DNA from: the human T2T-CHM13v2.0 reference genome, Homo sapiens | Length of the DNA stretch: 64,000 nucleotides | Direction: 5' to 3' (one strand) | Assembly: GCF_009914755.1 (NCBI RefSeq) | Contig: NC_060947.1 | Shown: in pieces, positions 12,191-24,915 of the stretch | Position numbering within the stretch: the first letter of the stretch is position 1 | Layout of the letters: every line of letters begins with the position of its first letter | Translations under genes and position numbers: made by a program | Notes under the pieces: generated by a model | What the model saw: only the letters and a program-made list of their open reading frames with translations | The model's database searches: none | What the model was told of the DNA's origin: nothing

Positions 12191-15100
12191 AAGGTATCTT
12201 GATTCTCTCTGAAATTTTTTATTATTTCTGATGTTTTTTTCCGGGCTTGTAATGTGTCAAGGCCACTTATCTGCAGCTACCTTAGAAGTAGTATAATTGA
12301 TCTATGTTCTCTCAAAAGCAATTTTTTCCTAGTCACAGAACTATTTCTTCTTTTACTACTTTATTTGTTCTAGTTATTACAGAATCAAAGAACTTCTTGA
12401 AAAGAGAATACTTTCCCATGATAACCAATTACTTTAGAAATACTCTGCATGACACTATAATTGAAATTAGATGCTAAGTTTTGTCCCTCAGTGGCTGAAC
12501 ACCCCCAACCTTTTAAAAAACAAAAACTTCAAAAATAAAAATTCAATATTTCTTTTTGTAAGCCATCTCTTGATTTTGCTATCACCACAGAAAAATTTGT
12601 AGAGATTTGACCCCAATACATCAAGTACTGCAGAGGCACCAAGACCTTTTCTGCTTCTAAAACTGCATTTGTGGATGTCACCAGTCTCTTAGGCTGAAAC
12701 TGAAACTGCCCATGCTACAACCTTGGCGAAGTATGGAGACACCTGTGAGGACCTTTTTACTTTTTGAAAAATGGCAAGCCAAGGACTTAACAATTGCCAA
12801 CTAAAACACAAATCCTTCACTTCACAAAATAAAATTAGATGATCATCTTAAAAACATTACCAAATGTGCAAGCTGAATATGAAGAGAAAGCCTAACTCAG
12901 GAATATCTTCCAGCCCAGTTTGCATTTCCATATAAACTGAACCTGCACCCCCTCCCTCCTTCAAATGTTTGCCTTTCAATATTTTGTTAGGCAGGCAAGA
13001 GTCAAGAGTCATGCCAACTCTAGTAATGTGGCCTCTGTTCAAACACCTACCACAGTGTGGCAAAGGGAAAACAGCATGGGCTAAGAGTGGCCTGGATTCA
13101 AATCACAGTCCTTTTATTTACTTTCTATGTGCCCTTGAGTTGTTTACTTTAGCCCCCTGGGCCATAATTTCTTTCTCTGTAAAATGAGAATACTTGCATG
13201 AATATGAAACACTGAGCAGTTAATAAATACGTGCTTAATAAATGTTAGGTTCTTTGTTATCCCTGCCAGTTCATCACTTTCAGTTCATCCATTGCCAGAT
13301 TCTCTAACTTGCTGGCCAAGGTATGTTGATAATTTCCTATAGCTGCCACTCTTCTATTATCACCCTCTTCCCATAGCCTCTGCAAAATGACTGCCCATCC
13401 ATTAAGCCTAGGGCAAGCCAGTCTCATTCCATGATAGCATGCCTCGCCACAGAAGCTTTTTGCACTTTAAGTCAGAGTGCCAAAGGCAGGCGTTGAAATT
13501 CATTCTTTGGCATTCTTAAGGTATAGACCAGAGCAAAGGCAGAGCTACTCAGCCACTGCTCCCTGGCCTCCAGGCAGACTGCTGGTCCCCAGCTCTCCAA
13601 GATAGGCCCTTGATCTGTGTCCCAGGCAACACACAGCAATCTCATGACATTTCTGGGACATATTTTCTACTGGGATCACAGCAGCTTTCTAGGGCTCTCA
13701 ATAATCTTCCAATGTTTGCATCGGTGATTGTGGTATTTTCCCCCAAGAAAACCAGAGTCAAACCATGTTTCTTTAAAGGGACTGTGGCCCTATTAGCCAT
13801 GCTTTCATGGCCAAAATCTGCACACCTGTCTGCTTTATTCAGGATAGAGCAGGGAGGCCACAGCCCTGAAACAAGGGCTCAAAAATCACTTCCTAGGTGA
13901 GGTCAGTAAGGCCTCACAGAGACTACTATTGGGGGCAAGCAGCAGGTGAAATGATGGTCACTTGACTCTTTTACTCCTGGTTTCTTAGCAACCTGGCCTT
14001 TGAGACTGGGTACAGTGGAGTGAGTTCAACCGGGCCACCTGGATATGCCTTGATTTAGAATGGCATCAAGTTTCCACTCAATTACTTTCAAAAAGGCTCT
14101 CAGTGTACTTGGCCTTACATGTTCCTAACTCACCAATAAACCATGTTTGGAATTCAGTCTTGAAAATGACTACTGCCTTTCAGTAGCACTGTTCCAAATG
14201 CATCTCTGAGTGGGTTTGCACATGAGTGTGCATGTACTCACTCTCTATCTCTTTATCTAGGTTTATCTGTCAGTACTATAATCAGTGCACTAACAGGGCC
14301 TTGGTAGAAGAGTGCAAGTAGGAAAGCTCTTTCCCTCACACTGGGCAACATTATAATTATACAGACTCTACAGACAAGCTACGGCCCAGGCATCTGCATA
14401 GAAACAAGTACTGATGCTCTTTCCAGCAACTTCCCTTCAACAAACAGGAATTAGAAATGTCCATTCCTCAGATTTCTGCCCCATTACACCAATTTTTAGG
14501 TCCTTTCCAATAATAGAGATAGCAAATGAAAGGGACCTGGCAAGGGTTTATGTCCTAACATTTTTCACTTGGTGGCAAATATTCAAGAAAAAGGGTAAAA
14601 GCCAACCCCCAGAAATGATGGCCACTAAAGCCACAAACCACAAGGTCCCTTGCTAGATAAGTGTGATATAATGGGGAAAAAAAACTTGCATAGGAGCCTG
14701 GGACCTGAGATCTTGTACTGGTGTGATCACTACCTTGCTCTGCCTCAGTTCCCCCGACTGGAAACTGGGCAGTTGTTAGACTAAATGATTTTGAAAAGCC
14801 CTTCCAATCAAGGGCTTATATGGATTGTAAAAAGAGTATTTTACTCAAGTGCTGTGGTTCTTGACTTTTTTTGGGTCACGAGCCCATTTGAAATTTAGCA
14901 GAACATTATGGACTATCTCCCCAGAAAGGGCATATTGTCATGGAATTGTGCATACCATCTCAGGGGCATCATGGAGTTTCTGAGTCCATGGACACTGGGT
15001 TAAGAACTGCTTTTTTCAGGAGATAAAAGAGTTTATGTGCAGAAGGCAAACATGAAGCAGCAGTGACAGCTGCCTGGCCTCAATCCACCTTAACAATTTT

Positions 15101-17216
15101 TCTAGCATTTGACCCCAAAATAGAACTCCTACAGGACCAAACACAGTCTCCTTTTTTTAAAAAGAAATGTGTTCAGCTTTTGTTTGTTTCTTGATTGCTT
15201 GACAGGAAGCTGTCAAAAAAAAGGAGAAAGAATAATCCAAATAGACCTAGGCTTTTACATGCAAAACATGCTTTGCAGATTTGTCCTAAGTGGCTGCATG
15301 TAACAGCAGGAAGGCCACCTTCCTAAGTCCACATGGAGGTGCTGTGGGGGCATCACTCATCCCACTCATAGCCTCGCAGGAGCAGACGGGCTCTTGGCAA
15401 CATACTGCAGCACCAGAGCGCTGACATGGCACCAGTGTCCATATCCTCAGTAGGAGACATGTTGAGATTCTCCAATGTTCAGCAAACATTTCTATTCCCT
15501 TCCAACCAAGGTAAGCAATGGCCCCAACTCAAGTGGCCTTCAGTTCAAGGTAAGACCCCTGAGATCAGTCTTTAGCCCCAAATCTCTCAGAGTTCAATGG
15601 CCCTCTGAGGAAGCAGGAAGTTCAGGGAAGAGTTGAAAACTGAGCTCCCCTCTTCAACTCAGGTAAGTGGATATCTTGGTTTTGGCAGAGTCTGGCTTGA
15701 GGGAGTCCAGCTCTTCACAGTGTTATAGGAACTCAAAACAGACCTTCTGAGGGGATGAAGACAGAATACAAAGGAGATATAAACACCTGTCTAGGACATA
15801 TGCTCCTTATTTTATGGCCTCCCAGAGAGAGTCTGAAAGTGCAAGGCTAGGAAGGAGCTGCTCTTCAACACAAAATGACTCCGCACACAAAGGTTTGAAG
15901 AAGAAAGACTCTTTCAGAACCTGGAAAGGGTCCTCTGAGGCCAAGGCTTTTAAAACCTGAAAGAGAAAGAAGAGAGTAGGGAATTAGCGAGGACTGGTCA
16001 AGTACTTAACAGCCACTGATCAGTGGGGCTTCTCTTGGTAGGTAGCTAAGCCTATAATTGGTAGCTCATCTTCTGAGCAACAGCGGATTGCTGGGCAAAG
16101 GCTCTTACAAGTCAAATCTCATGAAACAGGCCTAAGATGGTGCTATGACCAGGGCTGGACACTTTGTGCCTTTGACCTCAACTCAAACTCCCCAAAATCT
16201 ACATGGAGAAATAGAAGCCTGATACTAGAACCTCTGAGATTTCTTCCCACATCATGCCCACTGCCTTTATGGTCATACAATAACTATAAACTTCCTTTTA
16301 ACAGGGACTTCACCTCCATAGGGGCTGATAAGGAGAAGCTTATCTACCCACGGACCTCTGAGGACTGGCAGTGACAGGGAAAAAAAGAAGGTTAGGGAGC
16401 ACATGAAAAGCCAAGCTCCAGATACTTGGATCTCATTTATGTGTGTTATCAGGTCACATCATGCCAGCAATCTGATAGTCAAACAATCAGAACTCCTATG
16501 ATAGAGAAAGGAATTTCCCTGACCTCTGAGTCTCCTGTGACCTTTGCAAGTCACTTATCCCCTCTGAACTTCAGTTCCTTTATTTGTTGAGTTAGAACAC
16601 ATATTATCCTCCCTTCTCCTGGCATGTGATATGCATCAAATGAAATAATGAATGTGAAAGTGCTTTGCATTGGACAAACATAAAGGACTAAGAATGAAGG
16701 TTCAGGTGGGTAAGACTGAAATAATGATTTGGTCTGCAGGAATGAATCCATCTACAGACACTAAGGTAGCCTCTTGGCATCTGTTATAATATCAGAAAGC
16801 ATGTTCCTGGTTTCCTTAAAGGCCCGAGAGGTGTCAGAGTTAGAAGGTTCCAACCTTCTCATTTTAGAAACTGGGAAACTGAGGCTCAGAGAAGTAAATG
16901 TACTTTCCCAAAATGTCACAGCCTAGGATTCTTAATAAATTTGATTCAAAGGCAATCTGTAAAAGCGTGCCATAGTTTGGCTAGGAGAAAAAGAAATGAA
17001 AGAGGAAGGTTACTTAAAATCACACAAAACCTTGGAATTGAAAGTCACTAAATTTAAGGGTCAGGCAGTGATAGAGTAATGAACTGAGGCGTAGAAGTGA
17101 GTTCCCACCCTTCTGATCTACATGTTATTCCAGTCCTCAAAATATCAGATCCCGTAATGAAGGCTTATGTGGAACAAGATTTTGTAATCAGGGATGGGGA
17201 CTGCATACCTGTAGCC

Positions 17217-17250
17217 TCAACTTTCATCTCCAGGAAGTCTGCCTTGAGAA
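17217..17250 (-). CDS. OPHN1: OPHN1 last coding portion (exon 24 spans 17209-17250), (S)SQGRLPGDES-stop
   Basis: Acceptor tttatccacag|T TCT CAA GGC AGA CTT CCT GGA GAT GAA AGT TGA, then 8 nt of UTR and donor CAG|gtatgc. TGA is at 17217-17219. Confidence 0.93.
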
Positions 17251-17779
17251 CTGTGGATAAAGAAAGACGTTTCACTAAGATTCTAGAAATCAGGACTGGA
17301 AAGGTAAATTGGGGGAATGGGGGACACTTCTAGGCCAGTGCTAAAGAGGCCATTTGAAAAATGGAGAAGTGATTCAGCCCAGATGTTTCAAAACATTTAG
17401 CTCCATGCTTATAGTTGGGGCTCCTTCTCTGGCAGGCTTAAAGAGATGTGAAGACATCTTTCAGGTGCCAGAACAATTCTCTGAGTACCAGACTATGTGA
17501 AGCTTGGAGAACCCAGGGAAGCTGGCTGCAGACCACGAACTACATTCTGTGATGATCTCTAACAGGGATAAGGGTGAGGACACAGACAAGTACCATGTGA
17601 AAGATGAATCCTCCTTTGCCTAGAAGACCAAACCAACCTTGTCCAGCCTCTTGATGTGCTTGGATTAGTTCTAAATTACCCATGTCTGGGGACAGCTTGG
17701 GGAGGAGAAAATCTTGGCAAATGAAACCCACTCTAGTGTGGCCAGAGCATTACGTACAACAGCTGGTCCCCAGGGCTAT

Positions 17780-18700
17780 GTCCTCAACCTTCTGTTTTTC
17801 TCTTCTCTCCAGTCTGTTTACACTTACTCCCTGGAGGATCTTATTCCCATCCATGGCTTCAATTGCCACCAAATACTAGGGACCTCCCCACAACAGGCTA
17901 CTATTCACATTGTAGCATATGTGACTAGCCCCACTCCCCAGACTTATATAGTGGCTATACTCATATTTCTAACCCCCAAATCTATGTATACATACATCCA
18001 GCTCCAACTGCTAGCCTAAGTTGCAGTTACCCACTGAACATCTATCTCTACCTAAGTCTCAAAGTGTCTTTAAAAAATGTGTATAAATTTAACAACTGTG
18101 TCTTCAAAATCACTGTGTCCAAAATTGAGCTCAGCATCTTTCCCATAAAACCTGCTTCTCCATGATTAATTATTGTACCATCTACTTAAGTGCCCAAGTT
18201 AGACTTTTCTCTTTCTCGGTTCATCAATGTTCCATGTTTGAAAATGTAGCAAGGTCTTATTGAGTCTTTCTCAAATCTGTCCCTTCTGTTCCATTCCCAC
18301 TGGGAATGCCATAGGCCAGGGCTTCCCCAACTCTTGCCAGGACAATTAGTCTCCTTAACTGGTCTCCAGTCTTTACTCTCCCATCTATCTTTCCCACTAC
18401 CAAAGTGATCTTTTTACAACTTGGTCAGCTCAGAATGTGACTGTCATTCTTGAAATTCTTCCCCCCTTTCTATGACTCATCCGCATATGGACTGCAGTAT
18501 AAAGACCAAGCACCTTAGTATGTTATACAATGCCTTCACGATCTGGCTCCAATCCATCTTTCTGGTCTCACCCCCAGCTAAGTTTCCCTCTTTTCACTCC
18601 CACATTCTAGCCAAAGTGGAACACTAATAACTTCTGAAACCATAAGCTGTCGGGCCTCTTTGAAATGTTCTCACCTCCTTTATGTTCTTGATGAGCCACT
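17780..18700 (+). mobile_element. L2 fragment
   Basis: catggcttcaattgccacc...tgtccaaaattgagctc...gccttcacgatctggctcc L2-type motifs; boundaries approximate. Confidence 0.6.
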
Positions 18701-20553
18701 ACTCATTTTCTTCTTAGTTATTTATGTTTAAATTGTGTAAGGGAAATGAATAAGGGGGTGATGTCATTCAAACGCTAGGCCGTAGTCAGGTATACAAATG
18801 GGGACCAAAAAGGGGCAAGACAAAGTTTAAAAAGATCATCATTTTCATTAGAGATGAGAGAAGAACTTAGCAACAATGACCATAGACGGGACTGACTATG
18901 TGACTGGTCTGAGGATCTTGATCAGAGGCCAACCTGTGGAAGCACTGATGCAAGTGGTGGTTACAAGGTGGAGGCCTAGATGGAAGGGATGCTTTCCCTA
19001 TGTGGATGCTGAGTGGGAGGAGCCTGTGGGTACTCAGGATGGTAGTTCATGACATACTGGAGAGCAAGTGTACCTACTTTGGTCTTACCTACATTCCTGC
19101 CAAAATGGAATCTAGGAATAAAGAACAGGATTAAATCTAGGTTCTGGAAGCCCAGACATAGGGTGGGTAGAGTGATATTCTAGCCTGAAGTGCCTGCTTT
19201 GGCCATAGCCCTTGTAGGTTGTGCTTGATCTAAGGCTTCCTCGAGCACTGGCTGACAAAGCCCAGCCCATTGGTAGTGGCTACCAATCTTTTCACACTCT
19301 CAACACCAGTTTGGCTATAGCTTCCCTCTTGTAAGTCTACCTGCCTTAAAAGTTCTATTGGACTTTCTTCATGCTTCTTACATATTTCCTTCTCAATGCC
19401 TTGGTTTCCTGTCCAAGCTTGCAGATCAATAACTGCCCCCACAGCATTTTTTCTGTCTAGTTCTATTCTTTTTTCAAGCCCCAACTCATATATCACCTCC
19501 TCTAAAAAGCTTTCCTGTAGACATATCCAGTTCATTCCAGTTTACATCGTTCTATTTCCTTGTTATTTATTTCTCAAGTGGCTTATTCTAGGAAGGCATA
19601 GGCCACCTTATTAAGAATATTTGAGACTCTCTTCGTCTCCCTTCTTCTTTTCTTTTTCTTTTCTCAAGAGAGATATTTGATTAAGCTTACTTAAAAAACT
19701 TCTGAGGTGAAAACTTTTATCTTCATGCTATCAGTAAGAGAAATCTGGGGCCTTGATCTGACTTTCATCTGCTATGGTAGAATGAATGGTAAATTATTGT
19801 CTAAGGAGAATTTGGCCCAGCCTGAGGTTCCAGGTGGCTCACTGACAATCAGAGCTAGAATGAACTGCTGTGCAGAATCATGTCCTAGTGTGTCAGTTCC
19901 CATAGTTTTGACTAGAGGATGGAAAATCTACCCCAACTCCACTGCTGGGAAAGGTATATTGTTCTGCTTTTAACTGACCACCTAGAAGAGTTCTGCTCCT
20001 GTCACCTGTTAGGAGGAACAATTTCAAACTCTCTGATAACCAAGAAGGAACAAACTCACAAAAGAGTCCCTGAAGGCTAACCAAATATCTCTCCAGATGT
20101 TCTAGTCCAAAGGGTCCTAAATTCCAGGCCTTGGACAGTCTGTACCAGCACTTGAGAAGTTTTAATAACAAACTAATGGAAAAGAAGAAAGGGAGGGAAG
20201 GAAAAAACAAAATAAAACAAAAAAATCATATTCCCAGGCCCCACTACTAGAGATTCTGTTTTAGTGGGTCTAGAATGAAATCCAGGAATATGTGACTTTT
20301 TTCTCCATGTTTCCAGGTGACTTAGATGTGCAGCCAGTTTGAGAACCACTGCCTAAGTCCAATGTTTACCTTTGAAATGGGGGCCCTAAGGCTGTTTATC
20401 TTAGAGTGTAATATTCTACATATCCCTGTCAGCTGCCCTTTGAGTATATAATGGAATCTAAATAAGTAAAATAACAAAAAAGTAAACTAAAAAAAAAAAC
20501 TAACAAAAAATATTGGGTGTAAAGTCTTTGAGATACTGCTTGGTGTGTGTTCA

Positions 20554-21252
<699 letters not shown>

Positions 21253-21333
21253 TTAGAGTGAGCACAATTGTATGCTAAGGATGCAGTTATTAAAAGGCGA
21301 TTTGGTTTTTCTTTTGTCACCTCCATATCTTAC

Positions 21334-21384
21334 CTTCCTGTTTTCCGGGAAGCTGTTTCAAAAAACCTGGTCCTGGAAGCCACC
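21334..21384 (-). CDS. OPHN1: OPHN1 coding exon (exon 23), 51 nt, (V)VASRTRFFETASRKTG(S)
   Basis: Acceptor ttctgtttgcag|G and donor GGAAG|gtaaga. Phase 2-2, in frame. Confidence 0.93.
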
Positions 21385-22438
21385 CTGCAAACAGAAGCCA
21401 ACCAAGTCCCATAAGTTGCTTTGGTATACACGTGAGAACCAATGGCCAACAGAAAGGACAGGAGACTCTGAACCAGATGGGACACCAATGCCAGCCCCTG
21501 CCTTTGCTGGCAAAGGCCCTACACATACAAATGTGAAATGGCCCAGAGCCCATAGGCACCCCTAAGGCCATAGCTGACACTCTTTATCCCCATTGCTTCA
21601 GAATGGTCTGAGTATGTTGCTGAGTCAGGCTCTTCTTGGGGGAAATAAATGAAACCAGTCTTGATTTCAAAGTATAATTGTTGGCTTTTTGTAAATATAG
21701 TAAGCTAATTAGTCAAAGCTGTGGAGGCTTTGTTCTTCTTTTTCTCCAATTTTACAATTATGGAAAACAAGAAAGACAAGAAAAAGGAAGACCAGGAGGC
21801 AGTATACTGAGAATGGTCCCAGTCGATAAAGAGAGGACAGGCAAGCGCGTTGTGGCCAAGCAAAGCTGGTCCCTGAGCACTGCTGTGGTCCCACCCTAGC
21901 TGCTCCTTCCTTGGTTCCTTGGCTTGCGGCCCAGCCTCAGGAAGGTCTGTTGCACATCAGCTCAGCTCCCACCCTGTAAGAGACTCTCTGGAGAACCAAA
22001 GTCATTTTGAAAAAAATTTTAAATCATACCCTTTGCTTAAAATAAAAGCCTCAAGCATAAGTACAGTGAATGAATCTGTTCATTAAATTACTTTTAAAAC
22101 CAGTAGAAATAACAAGAAATTTTTTTAAAAAATATCCTGAGCCAAGGAAGCTAAAATCAGAAGGTAATAATATCACCATACAGAGATAAAGGAAGCTAAG
22201 AAAAATGGGTCTCCTAGCAGGTACTAAGAATCAAAGGTTTCAGCTTTAGAGAAATCCCTCAGCTTTGAGCATTGAGTGGAATACTCCCAACAGGGCTGGC
22301 CTATGATATTTCCCTAGACTATAAAGTGAAGGATGCCCCAGGGCTGTGCACTGTATACCCTTAATATGGTGATCCTGAAAGCATTCCTAGTGGCCTAGTA
22401 CAGGACTTCAGTCAACTTTGAGGTACAACCCTACTTAC

Positions 22439-22604
22439 ACAGATGATGTGATTTCCCCCGCATTGCCAGCCACAATATCTGGCTTTGGTTCTGGCTTTTG
22501 GGGAGTAGCTGCCCGGCAGGGAGGATCTGGGGGCCTCACTGGGGGGCGGATGATGGTTGGCTTTTCTCCTGGAGGCCGCACTTTGCTGAAACTGTCAGCA
22601 TCCC
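22439..22604 (-). CDS. OPHN1: OPHN1 coding exon (exon 22), 166 nt, (G)[54 protein letters not shown](V)
   Basis: Acceptor ttttctcttccag|GG and donor TCTGT|gtaagt. Phase 1 to 2, consistent with both neighbours. Contains the proline-rich PPVRPPDPP motif. Confidence 0.95.
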
Positions 22605-24120
22605 CTGGAAGAGAAAATGATACCAGGAACTTGGATGGTTAGCCAAACAGAACACTACTCATGAGCAGGCACCCAATATGAGAGTTACCTGGGCCAACTT
22701 CCTTGGCCTCCATTTCTTCTTGGTGACTAACAACTCTGGCTATTTTTTTTTTTTTTTTTTGTAATTTTTCTGGCAACTGTCCCTTCAGAAAGTCTATATT
22801 TGAACCCCAGCTCTGGAGTTTCAGATATCTTGGGTGTGTCATATCCATTCCCTAAGTCTCAGTTTCCCCAGCTATATAATAAAGATCCACAATATATTAT
22901 CTTACAGAGATAGTGGGAGGATTAAATCAGGTACTAATATGTTTAGTGCAGGGCCAGGTACATAGTAGGTGCTTACTAAATGTCTGATGATGATGAATTT
23001 GAATTGCTTAAATTCATCATCACTGATATCCAGGTCCTTTTCACTTAGGCCTTGACTATTATAGTTGTTTTCTAACTCACTTTCCTGCCTCTGTGTCTTT
23101 AGTTTCCTTGTCAGTTAGTACAAAATAAATATAAACACTTTTTAAATAAGATGGTTCTAGTAGGACTATAGTGAAACAGGTAAACTCACACATTGCTGGT
23201 GGCAATGTGAACTGGGCTTATTTTATCTAGAGGGCATCAAGGATTCTGGAACAATGTGGATGAAGTACAAAATCATACATATGAGACGGTTCATACTCGT
23301 TGATCCAGTAATTTTGCTTTTGGGAACAGGCCCAAATGGACTAATCCAAGAGGCAAAAAAACAAAAAAACAAAACAAAACAAAAAAAACACTTAAGAAAA
23401 AGCAATTGGCACAAAAACATGCATCTTATCAGAAAAAAAATCAGACTTAACCATAAAGGCTAAACAAACAATTCAATTCATACAAGCATTTAACCAATAC
23501 ATATTATGTGTGAACTGCCAAAAATTTAGACCAGGTCAAAACAAAAACAGGCATACAAAATAATATCAAGTGAAAAAAAAGTCCACAGAAAGTGCTCATG
23601 GCCTGATGAAGACCATACTGAAATAGACATGTACATAACTATGCAAGGGTGTCAGTGGATCTTTATATTCATCCATTTTTTTCTACAAAAATATTTACAG
23701 TAAATGTAAAAACATACTAAATTGAATCTACATATACAACTATAAAATTTAATTTAAGTATTTTTACACTGTTTTTCTGCTCTTTAAAGACTTTCCCAAC
23801 AGCTCTAAAATGTAGAAGATAAAAGTTTAAACTCCTTCACAGAAAATCAAGGCCCTCCTTGAGCTGGTCCCATATTACTGTCCCAAGCAGTAACCCTGGA
23901 TTTTAACTATCAGTTCTACTCTAATCAAATTGGTCTGCCTACTGCCCCATTAAGGCAAACCCTTGACTCTTACTTCTAAGTGAGACAGAGTCTGGAGTTT
24001 TGTAGACCTGGCTTTCAGATCTTGTTCTGCTGCTTCCAGGTTGTAGGACCCTAGACAGGTACTTCACCTCTACGACTGTAAATTTCCTCATCTGCGAAAT
24101 GAGTATAAAAACCCCTCCTC

Positions 24121-24915
24121 TTCATGCAGCCAACAGACACATTAAAAAATGTTCATCATCACTGGTCATCAGAGAAATGCAAATCAAAACCACAATGAAA
24201 TACCATCTCACACCAGTTAGAATGGTGATCATTAAAAAGTCAGGAAACAACAGGTGCTAGAGAGGACGTGGAGAAATAGGAACACTTTTACACTGTTGGT
24301 GGGAGTGTAAACTAGTTCAACCATTGTGGAAGACAGTGTGGCGATTCCTCAAGGATCTAGAACTAGAAATACTATTTGACCCAGCCATCCCATTACTGGG
24401 TATATACCCAAAGGATTATAAATCATGCTACTATAAAGATACATGCACACATATGTTTACTGTGGCACTATTCACAACAGCAAAGACTTGGAACCAACCC
24501 AAATGTCCATCAATGATAGACTGGATTAAGAAAATGTGGCACATATGCACCATGGAATACTATGCAGCCATAAAAAAGGATGAGTTCTTGTCCTCTGTAG
24601 GGACATGGATGAAGCTGGAAACCATCATTCTGAGCAAACTATCTCAAGGACAGAAAACCAAACACCGCACGTTCTCACTCATAGGTGGGAATTGTACAAT
24701 GAGAACACTTGGACACAGGAAGGGGAACATCACACACCAGGACCTGTCATGGGGTGGGAGGAGCGGGGAGGGATAGCATTAGCAGACATACCTAATGTAA
24801 ATGATGAGTTAATGGGTGCAGCACACCAATATGGCACATATATACATATGTAACAAACCTGCACGTTGTACACATGTACTTCAGAACTTAAAGTATAATT
24901 TAAAAAAAAAGAAAG
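24121..24915 (+). mobile_element. 5'-truncated L1PA (about PA5-7) inserted into a MIR in OPHN1 intron 21
   Basis: ORF2 C-terminal remnant (ORF-track 24324..24776). Older 3'UTR diagnostics (gtaaatgatgagttaatgg). TSD aaaaac(c)cctcctc at 24107-20 and 24916-28. Confidence 0.9.

Larger units (their letters stand above)
11140..15956 (-). other. OPHN1: OPHN1 non-coding terminal exon (3'UTR, about 4.8 kb); 3' end approximate
   Basis: Strong acceptor ctctcttctttctctttcag|GTTTTAAAAGCC at 15957-58. Tandem AATAAA on the minus strand at 11200-11205 and 11158-11163. The distal end is inferred from these signals and from recollection of a long OPHN1 UTR. Confidence 0.75.

Noticed and set aside
22987-23026. 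Box C (ATGATGA) and box D (CTGA) suggesting a C/D snoRNA
   Set aside because: Only about 40 nt, antisense to the host gene, and box C is sequestered in the hairpin stem.
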